Positions 37,335 through 49,890 of a stretch of 64,000 nucleotides of DNA are shown here, one piece after another. Position numbers and translations under genes: made by a program. Under the pieces are notes generated by a model. It searched no databases, had not been told where the DNA came from, and saw only the letters and a program-made list of their open reading frames with translations. Numbering within the stretch: the stretch's first letter is position 1; every line of letters begins with the position of its first letter. This DNA is from Lama guanicoe. Taxonomy: Eukaryota. Location: assembly GCA_013239625.1 (NCBI GenBank), contig MU053561.1, forward strand, positions 746,826-810,825, in the 5' to 3' direction.

Positions 37335-38820
37335 CCACCAACTTTTTATTTTGAAAAATTTAAAATCTTCACAAAAGTTGAAAGATTACCATGCTGAACA
37401 CAATGCTGACCTGTTTCACCAATCATTAACATTTGATTCCATACACAGTAGCGTGCAGGTAAACCAGGTCTCTGGGGGTGAGGGAGCCCTAAAGTGTAAC
37501 ATTTGCCAGTTTCTGTGGTGTAAAAACTCCCACCATAACTGATTTCAAGCTTATTTTAAAGCCTTAGTTCAACAAATGGCTTGCAAAATTCCTGAATATT
37601 TATCCGCTCTCAGGAGCTGGTAAGAGCCGGTTCCGGTACACCGTATTTTTCCTGAACTATCTCAAATAACTTGCAGATATCATGGCACTGAACCAAATAA
37701 CTTCAGCATGTGTCTCCTAAGAATAAGGACATTCTCAAATATAACCACAACATCATTATCACACTTTAGGGAAAAATTAGCAACACATTTCATAGTATTA
37801 TCTAATACACATTTCCCACTAAAATTTCCCAAATTGTTCCCCAAATTTCCTTCATAGCATTTTTTAAAACTCTAGAATCTAATGAAGGCTGCATATTGCA
37901 TATGGTATTTTTTGTGTCTTTTAATCCAGAATGGTTCCCCCACTGCTCTTTTGGTTATAGGTTTGTTTTTGTTTTTGTTTTTTATGACATTGACTTTTTT
38001 GGAAGTGTCCAGACCAATTGTCTACAGACTGTGCCACAGTCTGGGTTTATATGGTTGTTTCTTATGATTGGATTCAAGTTAAACATTTTTTTGTCAAAAA
38101 TAATCCAAAGATGTAACTCATATCAGGTGGGCCTCGTATCAAAAGGCTCAAATAAAGTCAGATTGTTCCACTATTGGTGATGCTCAGTTTGACCACTTAA
38201 AGTAATAACTACTACGTCTCTCCAAACCAAACCTTTCCCCCTTTGTACTTAGTAACTTGTGAGGAAATACACTGATGCTGTGTGAACATCCTGTTACCCC
38301 AAAACCTTTTACTCAGTGGTTAGCATCTGTTGACGGCTGAAATACAATAATACAATGATTTTCTAAATCTAAAACTCCTTCTGCATTTATTAGGTGGGAT
38401 TTCTTTCCTTTTCTGTCTTTCTTTTTTTTAGTTCTTTCTTTTTCAGTATGAGTATGGACTCATGGACTTCTTTAAAAAAAATACTTCAATGGTTTATAAT
38501 CCATTACTGTCATTTTTCTTTTTGATGTTCAAATTATCCCAAACTTGGCCAGTGGGAACCCCTTCAAGCAAGATCCTGTGTCCTTTTGACATGACCCTAT
38601 TAATCTTTTAAGTATTTCCTTTCTTTCTGGCACAACAAGATTCCCCAGGCTCACTTGCGTTTCCCCTGCTCCAGAATCAGAAGCAGTTATTTCTTCAAAG
38701 AGCCCTGATATCTTTAGCGAGAAGTGATATGTAGAAATCAAGATCTGGGTGCTAGGTGTGCTCATTGTTGCAGTGGTGTTACTGCTTTTAGGTCTTTTCA
38801 GTTGACCTGGTTAGGGGGAA
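37335..38820 (-). mobile_element. Old L1 (L1MC4/5-like) 3' region, interrupted
   Basis: ttcagcatgtgtctcctaagaataaggacattctc; tcaaattatcccaaacttggccagtgggaaccccttcaag; continues about 39860-40260. Confidence 0.75.
37447..37643. mobile_element. hAT-Blackjack MITE (MER63-like)
   Basis: cagtagcgtgcaggtaaa...tttgccagtttctgtggtgtaaaaactcccacca...gagccggttccggtacaccg. Confidence 0.7.
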
Positions 38821-38891
38821 ATATATGTATATAATTTGTAATTATAAACAAAATATGATTTATATACACATCATTTATAAATTTATGAATA

Positions 38892-38911
38892 CACACACAC
38901 ACACACACACA
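38892..38911. repeat. (CA)n microsatellite
   Basis: About 10 perfect CA units. Confidence 0.95.
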
Positions 38912-38914
38912 TAT

Positions 38915-39280
38915 TTTGAGTTCCCTTACTCACAGCATCCCAGAATGGGATCTTATTTGGAGATAGGTCTTTACAGAGATCATGAGATTGAAATGAAGTC
39001 ATTAAGGTGGGCTCTAATCCGGTATGACTGGTGCCCTTATGAAAGGGGAAATTTGGATACAGAGGCACAGATAGAGGGAACAGGATGTGAAAACATCAGG
39101 AGAAGGCAGCCATCTACATGCCAAGGAAAGAGACCTGGAATGATTCTTCTCTCACAGACCTCAGAAGGCACCAAGCCTGCAACACCTTGATTTTGAACAG
39201 AGCTCTGAGACTATGCATCTCTGTTGGTTAAGCCACATAGTTTGTGGTACTTTGATAGGGCAGCCAAGCAAACAAATACA
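38915..39280 (+). mobile_element. MaLR LTR (MLT1B-like)
   Basis: cttatttggagataggtctttacaga...tatgactggtgcccttat...taagccac...gtttgtggtactttg...aaataca. Confidence 0.85.
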
Positions 39281-39859
39281 CTACCATAAAAAATTACCTC
39301 AAATTTAGCAGTTTAAAACAACACATAATTGTTATCTCAGTTTTCTGCACAAGGCTGGTCTGAATCTCACCAGGGTAAAATCAAGGTATCGGCAGGCAGG
39401 GCTGCATTGCTTTCTGGAACCTCTAGGGGAGAATCTGTTCTCTTGCTTGTTCAGGTTGTTGGCAGTATTCAGTTCCTTGTGGCTGTAGGACTAAGGTTCC
39501 CATTTCCTTACTGACTATCAGCTGAAGGCTGTCCCTAGCTTCTGGGCACCTGTGTGCCTTCATTCATGACCCCCTACTCCATCTTCAAGACCAGCAATGA
39601 CAGACTGAATCCTTCTCATGACTCTCTCCTGCCTCTCCTTCCCTTACTTGCTCATCTGCCATCCTCTTTCACTTTTAAGGGCCCATGTAATTTCAGTGAG
39701 CTCACTCAGATCATCTGGAGTAATCTCCTTAAACTTAGAATTAACCTTGATTCTATCTGGAAAGTGTTTTTTTTGTTGTTGTTGTTTTTTTTGCCATGTA
39801 AACACAGGTTCCAGGTGTAGACATCTTGGGAAAGGGGCATTATTTTAAAGTCTACCACA
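39281..39859 (-). mobile_element. MaLR LTR (MLT1D/E-like)
   Basis: aattacctcaaatttagcagtttaaaacaacac...tcaaggtatcggcagg...ggggcattatt...tctaccaca. Confidence 0.75.
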
Positions 39860-41329
39860 TGGCAACATCAGTGTATTTAGTTATTTGCTTTTTCCAACAA
39901 TGTATATAGAATAGTTTTAGGACTCTAATAACATTATAATTATTAATAAATAACCAATTAAATAAAATTAAAATTTCTTTGACATTCTTTCCATCCCTAC
40001 AATATTGCCACTGAGAAACTGCACATAAAGCCCTAGGTTCAGAATTTTACTTGAATCCTTTTCTCTGTGTGATTAGGTTATCAAGTTCTTATACAACTTG
40101 ATTCATTTGTTTCTGCTTGTATTAAATGTTAAGGTTTGTTTTATTTTTCATTTTTCTCAAATTTAATTTTGTGAATAAGTAAAATATTTCTGTAACTTCA
40201 AAGTCAAACTACACAAAAAGATACACGTGGGAAAGTCTCATTTGCATCCTTAACCCAACTCCTAAGTTCTAAGCACCAGTGTGCTGGGAGCCTGCTTCTC
40301 TAATTGCTGTCACTGCTGCTGTGTAAGTCAAATCTCTGATGTATTGATAGCAAATATGTGTTAGTACAAAGCCATCATCATTTTCATCAACTACAACCAT
40401 TTACTGCAGACCAGTTATCGAGAAGAAAAAAGAACAAAGCAGTTCCTGCCCCAAAGTGTGGTCATCTCCTTGAAGTAACAGACCTGGAGTGCGACAGATC
40501 AGGACAGGCGAGGGAGGCTCAGCACCTGCTAAAAGGTTTAACTGCGTGGTGCCAGGGCTCGGGATGATCCCCCAGTGATTAGAGTGCCAGAGGAAGGCTT
40601 CGTGGAGGACACAAGATTTGATCCAGAGCACTTTAAGAAAGGAAAAGGGCATGAGCAAAGGCAGACCAGGGAACAACTAGCCAACCAGCATGGAGGAGTG
40701 GAAAAAGCATCTGAGCTCAAACAAGGTAAACTGGACCACCCAGGTTCCAATGCTGCCATGCGACCAAAGACAAGTCATCACTCAGCTCTTACATTTCTCA
40801 GTTTCCTCAACCAAAAATGAAAATAAGGCTAAGTATTCAGCTATTCTTAGAATAATTTGATAGAAACAGAATTTCCTTATGGAAATAATGGAGGCACAGA
40901 GTTGAAGAATCAGGTCTGAAGCAGAATGTAAAGGACCTTCATTTCTAGGCTAAAAAGTTTGAATTCTATCATATAGGAGCCAGTGGGAGAATTTTTTTAA
41001 CATAAATGATAAATGAATTTATTGTTTGAAAACAATATAAACTGTGGTTAATAATATTGTAGATATTTATTTCTACAAATTGCTTTTCTTTTTGAATAGT
41101 AAAACCATATGTACGAACGATCTTCCCATGCTAATACTTTTTCTCTTTAACCAGCGCAGAGTATTTCACAGGATAAATTAGTAATAACCTATTTAGCAAT
41201 CTCCCTACTGAATACCTAGATTGTTTTTAATTTTACAACATTACAGATATGGTAGTAATGTACATCATTGTACAGTTACCCTTGTGCCTTTGTTCACACA
41301 AAGATACTTCCTTAGGAAGGGTATTTCTT

Positions 41330-41510
41330 GTAGTGGCTCTAATATCTAAGTGTGCATCAGAATCGCCTGGAGGTCTTGTTGAACCACAGATCCTGAATTT
41401 GCCACTCCCAGGGTTTCTGATTTAGTAGGTCGGGGGTGGGGGGCACCTGAAAATTTGCTCAGGTGATGTTGCTGCTATGGGTCTAGATCAAACTTTTGAA
41501 AACCATCTTT
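41330..41510. mobile_element. MER5A-like hAT-Charlie MITE
   Basis: tgcatcagaatcgcctggagg...gtttctgatttagtaggtcgggg...caggtgatgttgctgct...tttgaaaacca. Confidence 0.8.
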
Positions 41511-41710
41511 CTAAATGATGGATTCCTGAAATGAGACTCACTGAGTAAAAGCTTATGCAAATTTTTCACTTTGATGAAGCCTGCTCATTATCTTCCATAA
41601 AATTGGATCAGTTTACTTCCCCACCTACAGTGCCCTTTACCTCACCCTTGGCAGCAGGAGCTATTATAACTCTTACTTTTTTTGCCAGGTGAATGGTGAA
41701 AAATGGAATC

Positions 41711-41941
41711 TTGGGAGATGCGACTGGTATTGTTTAAGGGTAGAAACGTGCAGTGAGCAGTAAATGAGCCATGGTGAGCAAATGCAAGTATAACGAACAG
41801 ACAATGATATTATACTATAATTATACAATGTGATAAATACAGCTACAAAAGCACTCATGTATTACAATATGTAAATGTATCAAAGTAATACATTGTACAC
41901 CTTAAATTTACACAATGTTATATGTCAAATATATTCATTTT
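41711..41941 (+). mobile_element. L1 3' end (L1MA-like terminus) with TSD
   Basis: cattgtacaccttaaatttacacaatgttatatgtcaa; direct repeat aaaaatggaat at both ends. Confidence 0.75.
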
Positions 41942-42824
41942 AAAAATGGAATAGAATCTCATTATTGTTCTCTTTTACACTATCTTGAGTACTTTTACAT
42001 TATTTTTTACTGTAACTTCTTATTTTTCATCAACTTCTTATTTTTCATCTTATTTATTGTAACTTATTTTTCATCTTTCATAATAATGTTTATTGCAAAA
42101 AGTTTAAGAGCTCTAAATAAGCAAAAAGAAAATAAAGTCATCCATGATTCCATCACTCATAGATCACCCATATTAACCTTGGGTGTGCTTTGTAATCCTT
42201 TTTTTTTCATTTAATAACATAGTGAACATTTTTCCCATATCGTGTCATTAACTGTTCTTCTCCAACATCAGCCTAAGTGTCTGCATCATGTCAGTGGAAT
42301 GTTTCTGAATGAGAATTGACATTCACAAAATGATGTTTTGGGAAGATTGATCTGGGAGCAAGATTCAGAGTGGAGTAATATTTAAAGCCTGGAGGCAAGA
42401 AGAAGTTAGGAAACTACTGAAATAATACAGGAGAGTGGTGACAGTGGAATTAGACGGCAAGGAGTGAATGCAGGGAACGCTGGGAAGAAAGAATCAATAA
42501 TCTTGTTACCATCTGTGGTGGAGGGTGAGGAGCAATTCAAAGCTAAATCCAGTGGGAGTGCCCTGGTTTCAGGATCATCATCCTGGGAGATGATTTGAAA
42601 GGGACAGAGATCATCTTTTCTACCTTTGATCCATTAATTTCTCTCGGTGTAGAAGTGTAGGGGATGGAAGTTAACTTCATAGAGGAAGAATCTCATTTAG
42701 GAGAGCAGCAGTCTTGAAATCCCGAAGCCCAGGCTTCATGCCTCATTTCGATGTAAAGATAAATTATCTGAGAGACTCTAGGGTGAGGTGGAAAAACCAC
42801 ATACTTGAGTATTAAAAAGAAGGC

Positions 42825-43000
42825 ATTGTGCATCACTGCTTTGTCACTTACTGTGACCTTCAGCCAGCCTCTTAACCTCCTTGAACATTTCTACAAAATG
42901 AGAGTGATGGTATTTACCTTATATAGTTCTTGTGAGAATTAAATGAGACGATATATGTAAAATGCTGGTCCACAGCCAACAAGTATTTAAGATGTGGTGG
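42825..43000 (+). mobile_element. MIR
   Basis: cacttactgtgacctt...gttcttgtgagaattaaatgagacgatatatgtaaaatgct. Confidence 0.8.
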
Positions 43001-44944
43001 TTTATTTCATCGTTACGAGAATGGCAATACTATAAAGTAACAGCATTCCTAGAAATCACCCCACAACTTGGCTCCTCCCTAGAGGAGTGCTCATAGCCAA
43101 CCTAAAAATGTCTGTTTGACAATGAAATGAAACTCATCAATGAAATAAAGTTAATTCTGAAACAGTCCTTTTCATGAGTAGCTCTGTGCAGTGGCATGTG
43201 GAGTGGGCTGTGGCTTACCTGGGGTGGCTGGAGACTCTCCATGTGCTGGATTCCTTCAGAGGTTCCCTGAGAACACTGCAGAGATGTACACAGCAGAAGC
43301 AATGAGGATTTCGACGGTACTGACAGACTCAGTCCTTAACTCTTTCTTCTTTCCTTCCCCTTCCACCAGCTCAAGAAGAACTCAGATTTAATATTCAGTG
43401 CTAGTTTATTATTTAGCATTTGTCTCAGGACACAGGTGCTGATTATAATAGTCCACAGGCAAATCGATCTCTCAGTTACAGTCTTCCTTCCTTAAAGTGG
43501 AGATGTTCCTTCCTAGAGTAAGTCTCAGAAGCAAACGGGGTATTGCTTGTGAAAGTGCCTAGCATGGTATCAGAGGAGTGGACACTTATGGTTGACTTTA
43601 TTTGGAAACTTCTCTAAGGCTATTGCTCTGTAGGCCAGCAATAAGGAAACCATGCCAGAAGATGTAGCTGTTTCTGCTGCCTGGCAACCATCTAATGTAT
43701 GATTAACAGAGACATCAGAATAGATATCAACCTCCCCACCCTCCCACCTCCACAGCCAACAACTCTCTGACATAACAAAAAATGCAAAATATCCATCCTC
43801 CTAACTCTTGCCTCTTGAGGTTGAGGAAAGGACCCAATCGCCAGCGCCCCATTTGCCTTAGATGACAGGTTACAAGACAGGAAGTGCACTTCTTCAGATC
43901 CTTCGCTAGAGAGCCTGGTGACCTGCCGGAGAACACGAACCAAGCTTTATTCGTCCCGTGTCTGCGACTGAAGGTCCAGCCCTGCTATACGCCCTGGTAT
44001 AGTCTTGTTTTCACAACAAGCCTCTCGGTATTATTATTCTAGTTGCTCAGACGTGGAAACAAAGACTCAGAAGGACTGAGGAGATGCACAGCACAAAAGG
44101 TGGTACCCTCTTCTGCTTTTCCACATTTGTCTCCCAGCAATGGTTCCTATCAGCTTGGTTGCCTTACAGACTGGCAATCCTCCAGCCCATGTGAAAGAAG
44201 CAACAGTAAAGACCGTATTTCCATCTTTGGATCAATCTGTTCCATTTCATTCAGTCCTAAACTAGTCACAGGCTAAATTCAGTGGATGCAGTGTTAAACT
44301 CTACTGTCGACTACAGCGTTCACCTCATCAAGCCCACACTGATGAGACAGGGAACAGCAAAGGTGGAGAATTATATTTTTTAAGTTCAAAATGACTTGTT
44401 GACTCATTTGCTAAAAGCAAATTCTCATACAGTGTGAACCAGTTCCTGATATTTTTTTTTTAAGACCATTATGTTGTCAAGATGAAGTGAGTGGAAACGT
44501 GCTGTTTCCTGCTGCCCCATCTCCTGGCTCCTTTTCTCCCTCTCACCCTGTGTGTGTCTGTTACGGTTTCTTCCAGCCAGAGATGCTCACAGCTGTTCCT
44601 CTTCCCCTCTCTTGAGCTCTCTAGGGCAGCTTTCATTCTTCCACCTCAGCACGCCTGGGGCCACGTGGAAACTCCCCCACCAGATGATTGCTTCCACACT
44701 TTTTCAGGCTTTAAAGAGTATCAGCTGAGTACTGCTTATTGATCCCGAGTGGGGAATCCTCCCTGACAAAGCAATCTGCAGTTGGCGAAGGAAAGCGGAG
44801 GCATCCTTCTCTCCTTCACCCCAACCTCCGCTCCTCATCCACAGGTTGACACTCTCCACACCAGGCCCACCCTTGCTGGGGCCTCCTTTTCCAAGTATTT
44901 CTGGGGAAGCTGATTTTTCTGTTTCTCAGACATGGGTCAGTGTT

Positions 44945-45619
44945 TTCTTATTGAAGTATAGTTGGTTTACAATGTTGTGTTAGTTTCAGGGCTTTGGCAA
45001 AGTGATTCAGTTCTTTTCTTCAGATTATATTCCATGATAGATGATTATAAGATATTGAATATAATTTCCTATGCTATACAGTAAATCCTTGTTGCTTATC
45101 TATTTTATGTATAGTACTTTGTATCTGTTAATCTCATACTCCTAATTTGTCCCTTCCTCCCTCCCTCTCCCCTCTGGTAGCCATAAGTTGGTTTTCTATG
45201 TCTGTGAGCCTGCTTGTATTGTATACAGTTTCATTTGTATTATTTTTATTTTGTAAATTTTATTTATTTTTATTTTGGGGGGAGGTAGTTAGGTTTTTAT
45301 TTATTTTAATGGAAGTCCTAGGGATTGAACCCAGGACCTCATGCATGCTGAGCACACACTCTACCACTGAGCTATACCTTCCTTCCTGTATTATTTTTAG
45401 ATTCCACATATAAGTGATATCATATAGTATTTTTCTTTCTCTGTCTAACTTACTTCACTTAGTATTATCTAGGTCCATCCATGTTGCTGCAAATGGCAAT
45501 ATCTCATTCTTTTTTATGGCTGAGCAATATTCCATTGTATATATACCACATCTTCTTAAGCCAACCATCTGATGATGGGCACTTGGGTTGTTTCCATGTC
45601 TTAGCTATTGTGAATAGCA
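44945..45619 (-). mobile_element. L1 3' end interrupted by a SINE
   Basis: ttattgaagtatagttggtttacaatgttgtgttagtttcagg...ttccatgtcttagctattgtgaatag. Confidence 0.9.
45249..45386 (-). mobile_element. Full-length Vic-1-like SINE inside L1
   Basis: gggattgaacccaggacctcatgcatgctgagcacacactctaccactgagctatacc; perfect 13-bp TSD tgtattattttta at 45236-45248 and 45387-45399. Confidence 0.92.
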
Positions 45620-46034
45620 GGCACTGATCATTTGAATCACTTGATCATACCAGTTTTAAATTAGATCTCTAGTTTAGAGATTTTCTTTTGAAACCCAAAT
45701 ATGGAAAAGAGTCAGTTGCTGCCCAAGTGCTTAAGTCCCAGGAGACATGGATTCCACCTGCTCAAGTAGCATCAATGGCTCATCCCTTCTTCTGCCCACC
45801 AAGCAGCAGAAAAACGGTGGCTGGGCTAAGGCAAAGCAGGGGATGCTGCTGACTATGTTCTTCTTGGTTCCCAGTACTGACTGAAGGAGTGAAGAGAGTA
45901 GTGAGTGGAGCTCGTGTCCTCACTTGGCTCCAGTCTCTATGCTTGTCGTGGTCAAATGGATTTTATTGATCCTGCCCACACCTCTCTAGAAGATTCCACC
46001 CCACGCTCCTAGGAAATGAAGACTTACCAAGGAC

Positions 46035-46180
46035 CTTTCTCCTATCATCACATTTTACCAATGAAAATACCGAGCTCAAAGAGGTTGAATGGTTTGCACA
46101 AGACCACACAGCAAATAGGTGGCAGCGACACTGACAGCCCAGTCCTCTGCCTCCCAGTTCAATGTACTTTCCATTTCTCC
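46035..46180 (-). mobile_element. MIR
   Basis: cattttaccaatgaaaataccgagctcaaagaggttgaatggtttgcacaagaccacacagc. Confidence 0.75.
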
Positions 46181-47669
46181 ACTGCTGGCAAGGATTCCAT
46201 ATACTCAGAATTCACACTGGAAATCAGGTCGGTGTGTTGGATTTTCCCTGTTGGCATTGTGATGTCTGCCATCACTTCACTGGTACGGGTCAACATTTCA
46301 GAGGTGATGCTCCTTTTCAGCCCAGGTACTGACTATGAAAGCTGCTTCTTGGGTGGCAGCCTCGATATCCAAACCCTTTGGAACCCCTCAGACCACTTTC
46401 CTAATGATTGGCCTACTTTTCACAAAATAGAACTTTCATTAAGTAGCAAAACTAAAGATTTACTTACACTAGCATAAGGTCACATTTAAGTCTAATAAAA
46501 TTTGGAGAAAGGTTAAAAAAACAGAGTTAAAAAATGAGATAACTTCTTTAAACTTAATCCTTTCCCCCTTTCCATGCTCTGCTTTAAAAAGGAATGCGTA
46601 ACTGTTCTTTTCAGCTATAGTATTAAGGTCATAAATTATTCCTCTCCCTGACATCTGCTGCAAGACTTTTCTTCTAAGGAAATATGTCACTGCTTTTTTG
46701 CTAGTCCTAAGAAAGACTGTCCTTCGTTTTGCAGTGTGTGCCCTTTCTACTTTATGCAAAAAGCTTTTTGTTGTTATTATTAAAAGTGGTACCAAAAGTC
46801 CCAGCCCATAACAAAAATTAATTTTTACAGTACACTGAAATAAAGCATCATGTTGATTTTAGAGACACAACTATTCAGACCATCTGAAACAGCCTAACAC
46901 TCCCATCAATGTTTTTCCAATGCCTCTTTTCCAGTTATCTTGCTACTTTTCTTGGGTGAGTGATTTCTTAAACAGTTTATCCATTCTTCCAGAACAACGG
47001 CCCCAGGACCAAACTGGCAAGAATTACCTACAGACCAAAGAATTACAGCAAAAGCAATAAAGGGTAGTAGTGGTTGCTCAGGATGAGAACATCTAAAGAA
47101 GTGATAAAAGACACACCAATCAGCCAAACATGCTGCAGGTATTTACCATGTGCTTGTCTGATCAAGGCTGTTGACGGTAGGACCAGCTAGTTTAAATAAA
47201 GGTGATTGTTGAAGGGTATCAAGATTGCAGGTGTACTGGAGCTGGAAACCGCAGGGCTAAGGGGCTAAGACAGCCCTTCGCCTGCCTTGCTTTCCGTGGG
47301 CACAGGGTCTGCAGTCTCTGACCCTGTTTGTGCAGCTCCATCTTCCTCCCAGGATGTCATGCTCTAAACCTGCATCTCACTTTGTCTAGCCAGGCTGTGG
47401 GCTCAGGTCCTGACTTGACTTGTCCTTTCCACCTGGTTCCCACAGACCATTGTCTCAGGGGCTGGATGTCCCAATTCTGAATTTCAGAAAGAGGAATGTG
47501 ACTGGTCCAGCTTGAATCAGAAACAGTCCGATCAGCTATGGTCATGGAGCCATGTATTACAAGCATGGCCACCTCAGGAGATCCCTCATCAGAGGCAAGA
47601 GGTTGGGGGAGTTACCAGAGCAAAAAGATGTGGGCTGTTCGGTTCTAAGCACCAACTACACGCTCCGTA

Positions 47670-47890
47670 CAGCACAGTGAGGTGGAACAAGCATGGCCAT
47701 GTAGACAAGACTTCTAAACCCACATTCTGCCTTTTCCTAATTAATCTGGACAAGTTAAATAACTCTCTCAACATTGATTTCCCAATCTGCAGAATAAGAA
47801 CAATAACTACTTCAACATGTCAGAGTGAAGATTAAGTGAGATGAAGTTTGCCAAGTGTTCGGCACAGGAAAGTACTCAGAAAATGCTAAG
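47670..47890 (+). mobile_element. MIR
   Basis: ggacaagttaaataactctctc...atctgcagaataagaacaataa...gtgaagattaagtgagat. Confidence 0.7.
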
Positions 47891-48099
47891 TTTCCTTTTG
47901 CCTTGGTACGTGCTAGGCTGTTTACCAAGTTTAGAAGCATCAAATCCTAATAAGGGTTTGCACAGCATGCAAAAAGCAGACCATTAGCATTTACACTGCT
48001 GAAACACCAAGAATTCTCTACAACACACAGGATATTAAACAAAAGGACACTTTTGCAGCATCTCTCTCGCTCTCTCTCTTTTTTTTTTTGGCACCAAAT

Positions 48100-48310
48100 A
48101 ATGATATTAGCAATGAACATTTACATAGTGCTTGAAAGTATAGAAACCATTTTTCTCTGATGTCTCCTTTTCTCATAATGACCTTGTAAGGCTGATATAC
48201 ATCTTAGCCTCCTTTTGCAGCTGAGGTTAAATTAGCTGAGCTGGCCCAGGTCACATGGTTTGCAATCAACAAACTGGGATTCAACCCTGGCCCTTTGACT
48301 CTAAAATCTG
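48100..48310 (-). mobile_element. MIR
   Basis: catttacatagtgctt...ggcccaggtcacatgg...ctgggattcaaccctgg...tgactctaaaatc. Confidence 0.7.
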
Positions 48311-48317
48311 TTAAGCC

Positions 48318-48381
48318 CTTATACCTGAAACTAACATGGTAAATCAACTACATTTCAATAAAAAATAAAATTTAAAAAAAA
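48318..48381 (+). mobile_element. Extremely truncated L1 3' tail with TSD
   Basis: tacctgaaactaacatggtaaatcaactacatttcaataaaaaa; flanks aaaatctgttaagcc / agaatctgttatgcc. Confidence 0.8.
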
Positions 48382-49149
48382 AGAATCTGTTATGCCTTTT
48401 CATTGCACTCACCAGAATCTAACTAAGTTCAGTATCAACTATTTCAGGAGCCGATTGCCCAGTTTATTATCTGATTCCCCACCTCCTTCCTACTCCTGAA
48501 TGAGACAAACTCTAAACACTGTACTATGGCTGTTAAAAGCCCTTCACAGTTTGGTTCCAGACTCCCGTTTCCAACCTAGCGTAGCCCACTAGCCGAACGC
48601 TCTGTAGTCTTCTGTGCCTCTGTGGTCTGTTCATCTTTCCCTGTCCCAAGAGTGTCCTTCCCTCTCTTCTAGTCCAGGGATATCCCATAAAAGTTTCAAG
48701 GCCCAGTTCAACTGATGTCCCCTCTGGAAAGCCATCCTCTTAGCCCCACACCAGGCAGACTTAATCCTGTCCTCATCTGGCTTCCTCAGAGTGTGTTCAC
48801 ACAGCTTCAAATTAGAGCGACTACAGACGGTGGCAGGTACAGAAGCCTTTCACCTTACTCTTTGATCATCCAGATTAGCAAATTGAGCTCAGTGCAATTA
48901 AGTGATTTAGCTAAAATCACATGGCCCGTAAATCCTGCAGGTAGTGAAGACCAGAATTAAGCCCAGCTCTTCTAATTCTAACACTCGCTGTTTGGCTTTG
49001 TGTTACAATTGTTTGCACATATTTGGCCTACCCCAGAGCATTGTAAGTGACGTCAGAGTCCTTTTCTTATTCATCACTGTATCCCTGACAGCACTTACCA
49101 CGCTTTGCTCGGGGCAAACACACAATAACTTCAAGAAATGGGAATTCTT

Positions 49150-49284
49150 GTCAGGGAGGGTATAGCCTAGTGGTAGCATGTGCTCAGCAGGCACAAGGTC
49201 CTGGGTTCAATCCCTAGTACCCCTATCAAAAAATTTTTTTAAATAAATAAACCTAATTACTCTCCACCGAAAACAATTTTTAAA
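49150..49284 (+). mobile_element. Full-length Vic-1-like SINE
   Basis: gggagggtatagcctagtggtag...ggtcctgggttcaatccc...aaacctaattac; perfect 17-bp TSD aagaaatgggaattctt at 49133-49149 and 49285-49301. Confidence 0.93.
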
Positions 49285-49719
49285 AAGAAATGGGAATTCT
49301 TTAAAGATCTGATCTAATTGCATAAAGAGAATCGTGACATATGGTAATTAAATTTCATGTGTTCTGGCCAAAGGGCATATTGTACTTTAAAGCCTTACCT
49401 TGTAGAGTGCGCCCAGGTAAAAGGCACCCCGATGTGGAGCTAATTCCAACTTTGAAATGCAAAGTCCAGTGCAGGGAGGTCGGCAGCTCTGCAGCTCCCC
49501 ATCCCAAATCCCCCACTCTGCCAGGAAAGAAGGAATGCTCTGACCAGGCACCAATTTCAAATACTTCCTCCAAGACAGCTCAAGGTAACTAAGAACAAGT
49601 GATAATAATAGTTAAAAGCAAAACCAAGCAAAGCACCTAAGAGCTGGGCCCCACCATTTTACTACACTGTGGTCACCCTACTGGTAATTTGTAAGAGGTA
49701 AGTAAAGCAGGAACTGTCT

Positions 49720-49890
49720 GTGCTTTTCTTTCCTCACCTATAAAAAGGAAGTAATACTTGTAATGATTTCATCAGGTTGATGTGAAAATTAAATGAGTTA
49801 ATGTATTGAAAGAGCTTAAAACAGCACCCATCACGTGGAGTAAGATTTCTTTTCATGATTATTGTTGCTGCTGCTGCTGCTGTTGTTGTT
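49720..49890 (+). mobile_element. MIR 3' part ending in a (TTG/CTG)n tract
   Basis: tttcctcacctataaaaagg...gtgaaaattaaatgagttaatgta...ttgttgctgctgctgctgctgttgttgtt. Confidence 0.75.

Noticed and set aside
45320..45386. tRNA genes at the SINE heads (also 10215, 26560, 49153, 21966)
   Set aside because: A and B boxes are present, but they are followed by SINE bodies, A-rich tails or TSDs, and the cloverleaf is degenerate.
46016..46477. 153-aa plus-strand ORF
   Set aside because: The N-terminal third is antisense MIR and the remainder is unrecognisable.
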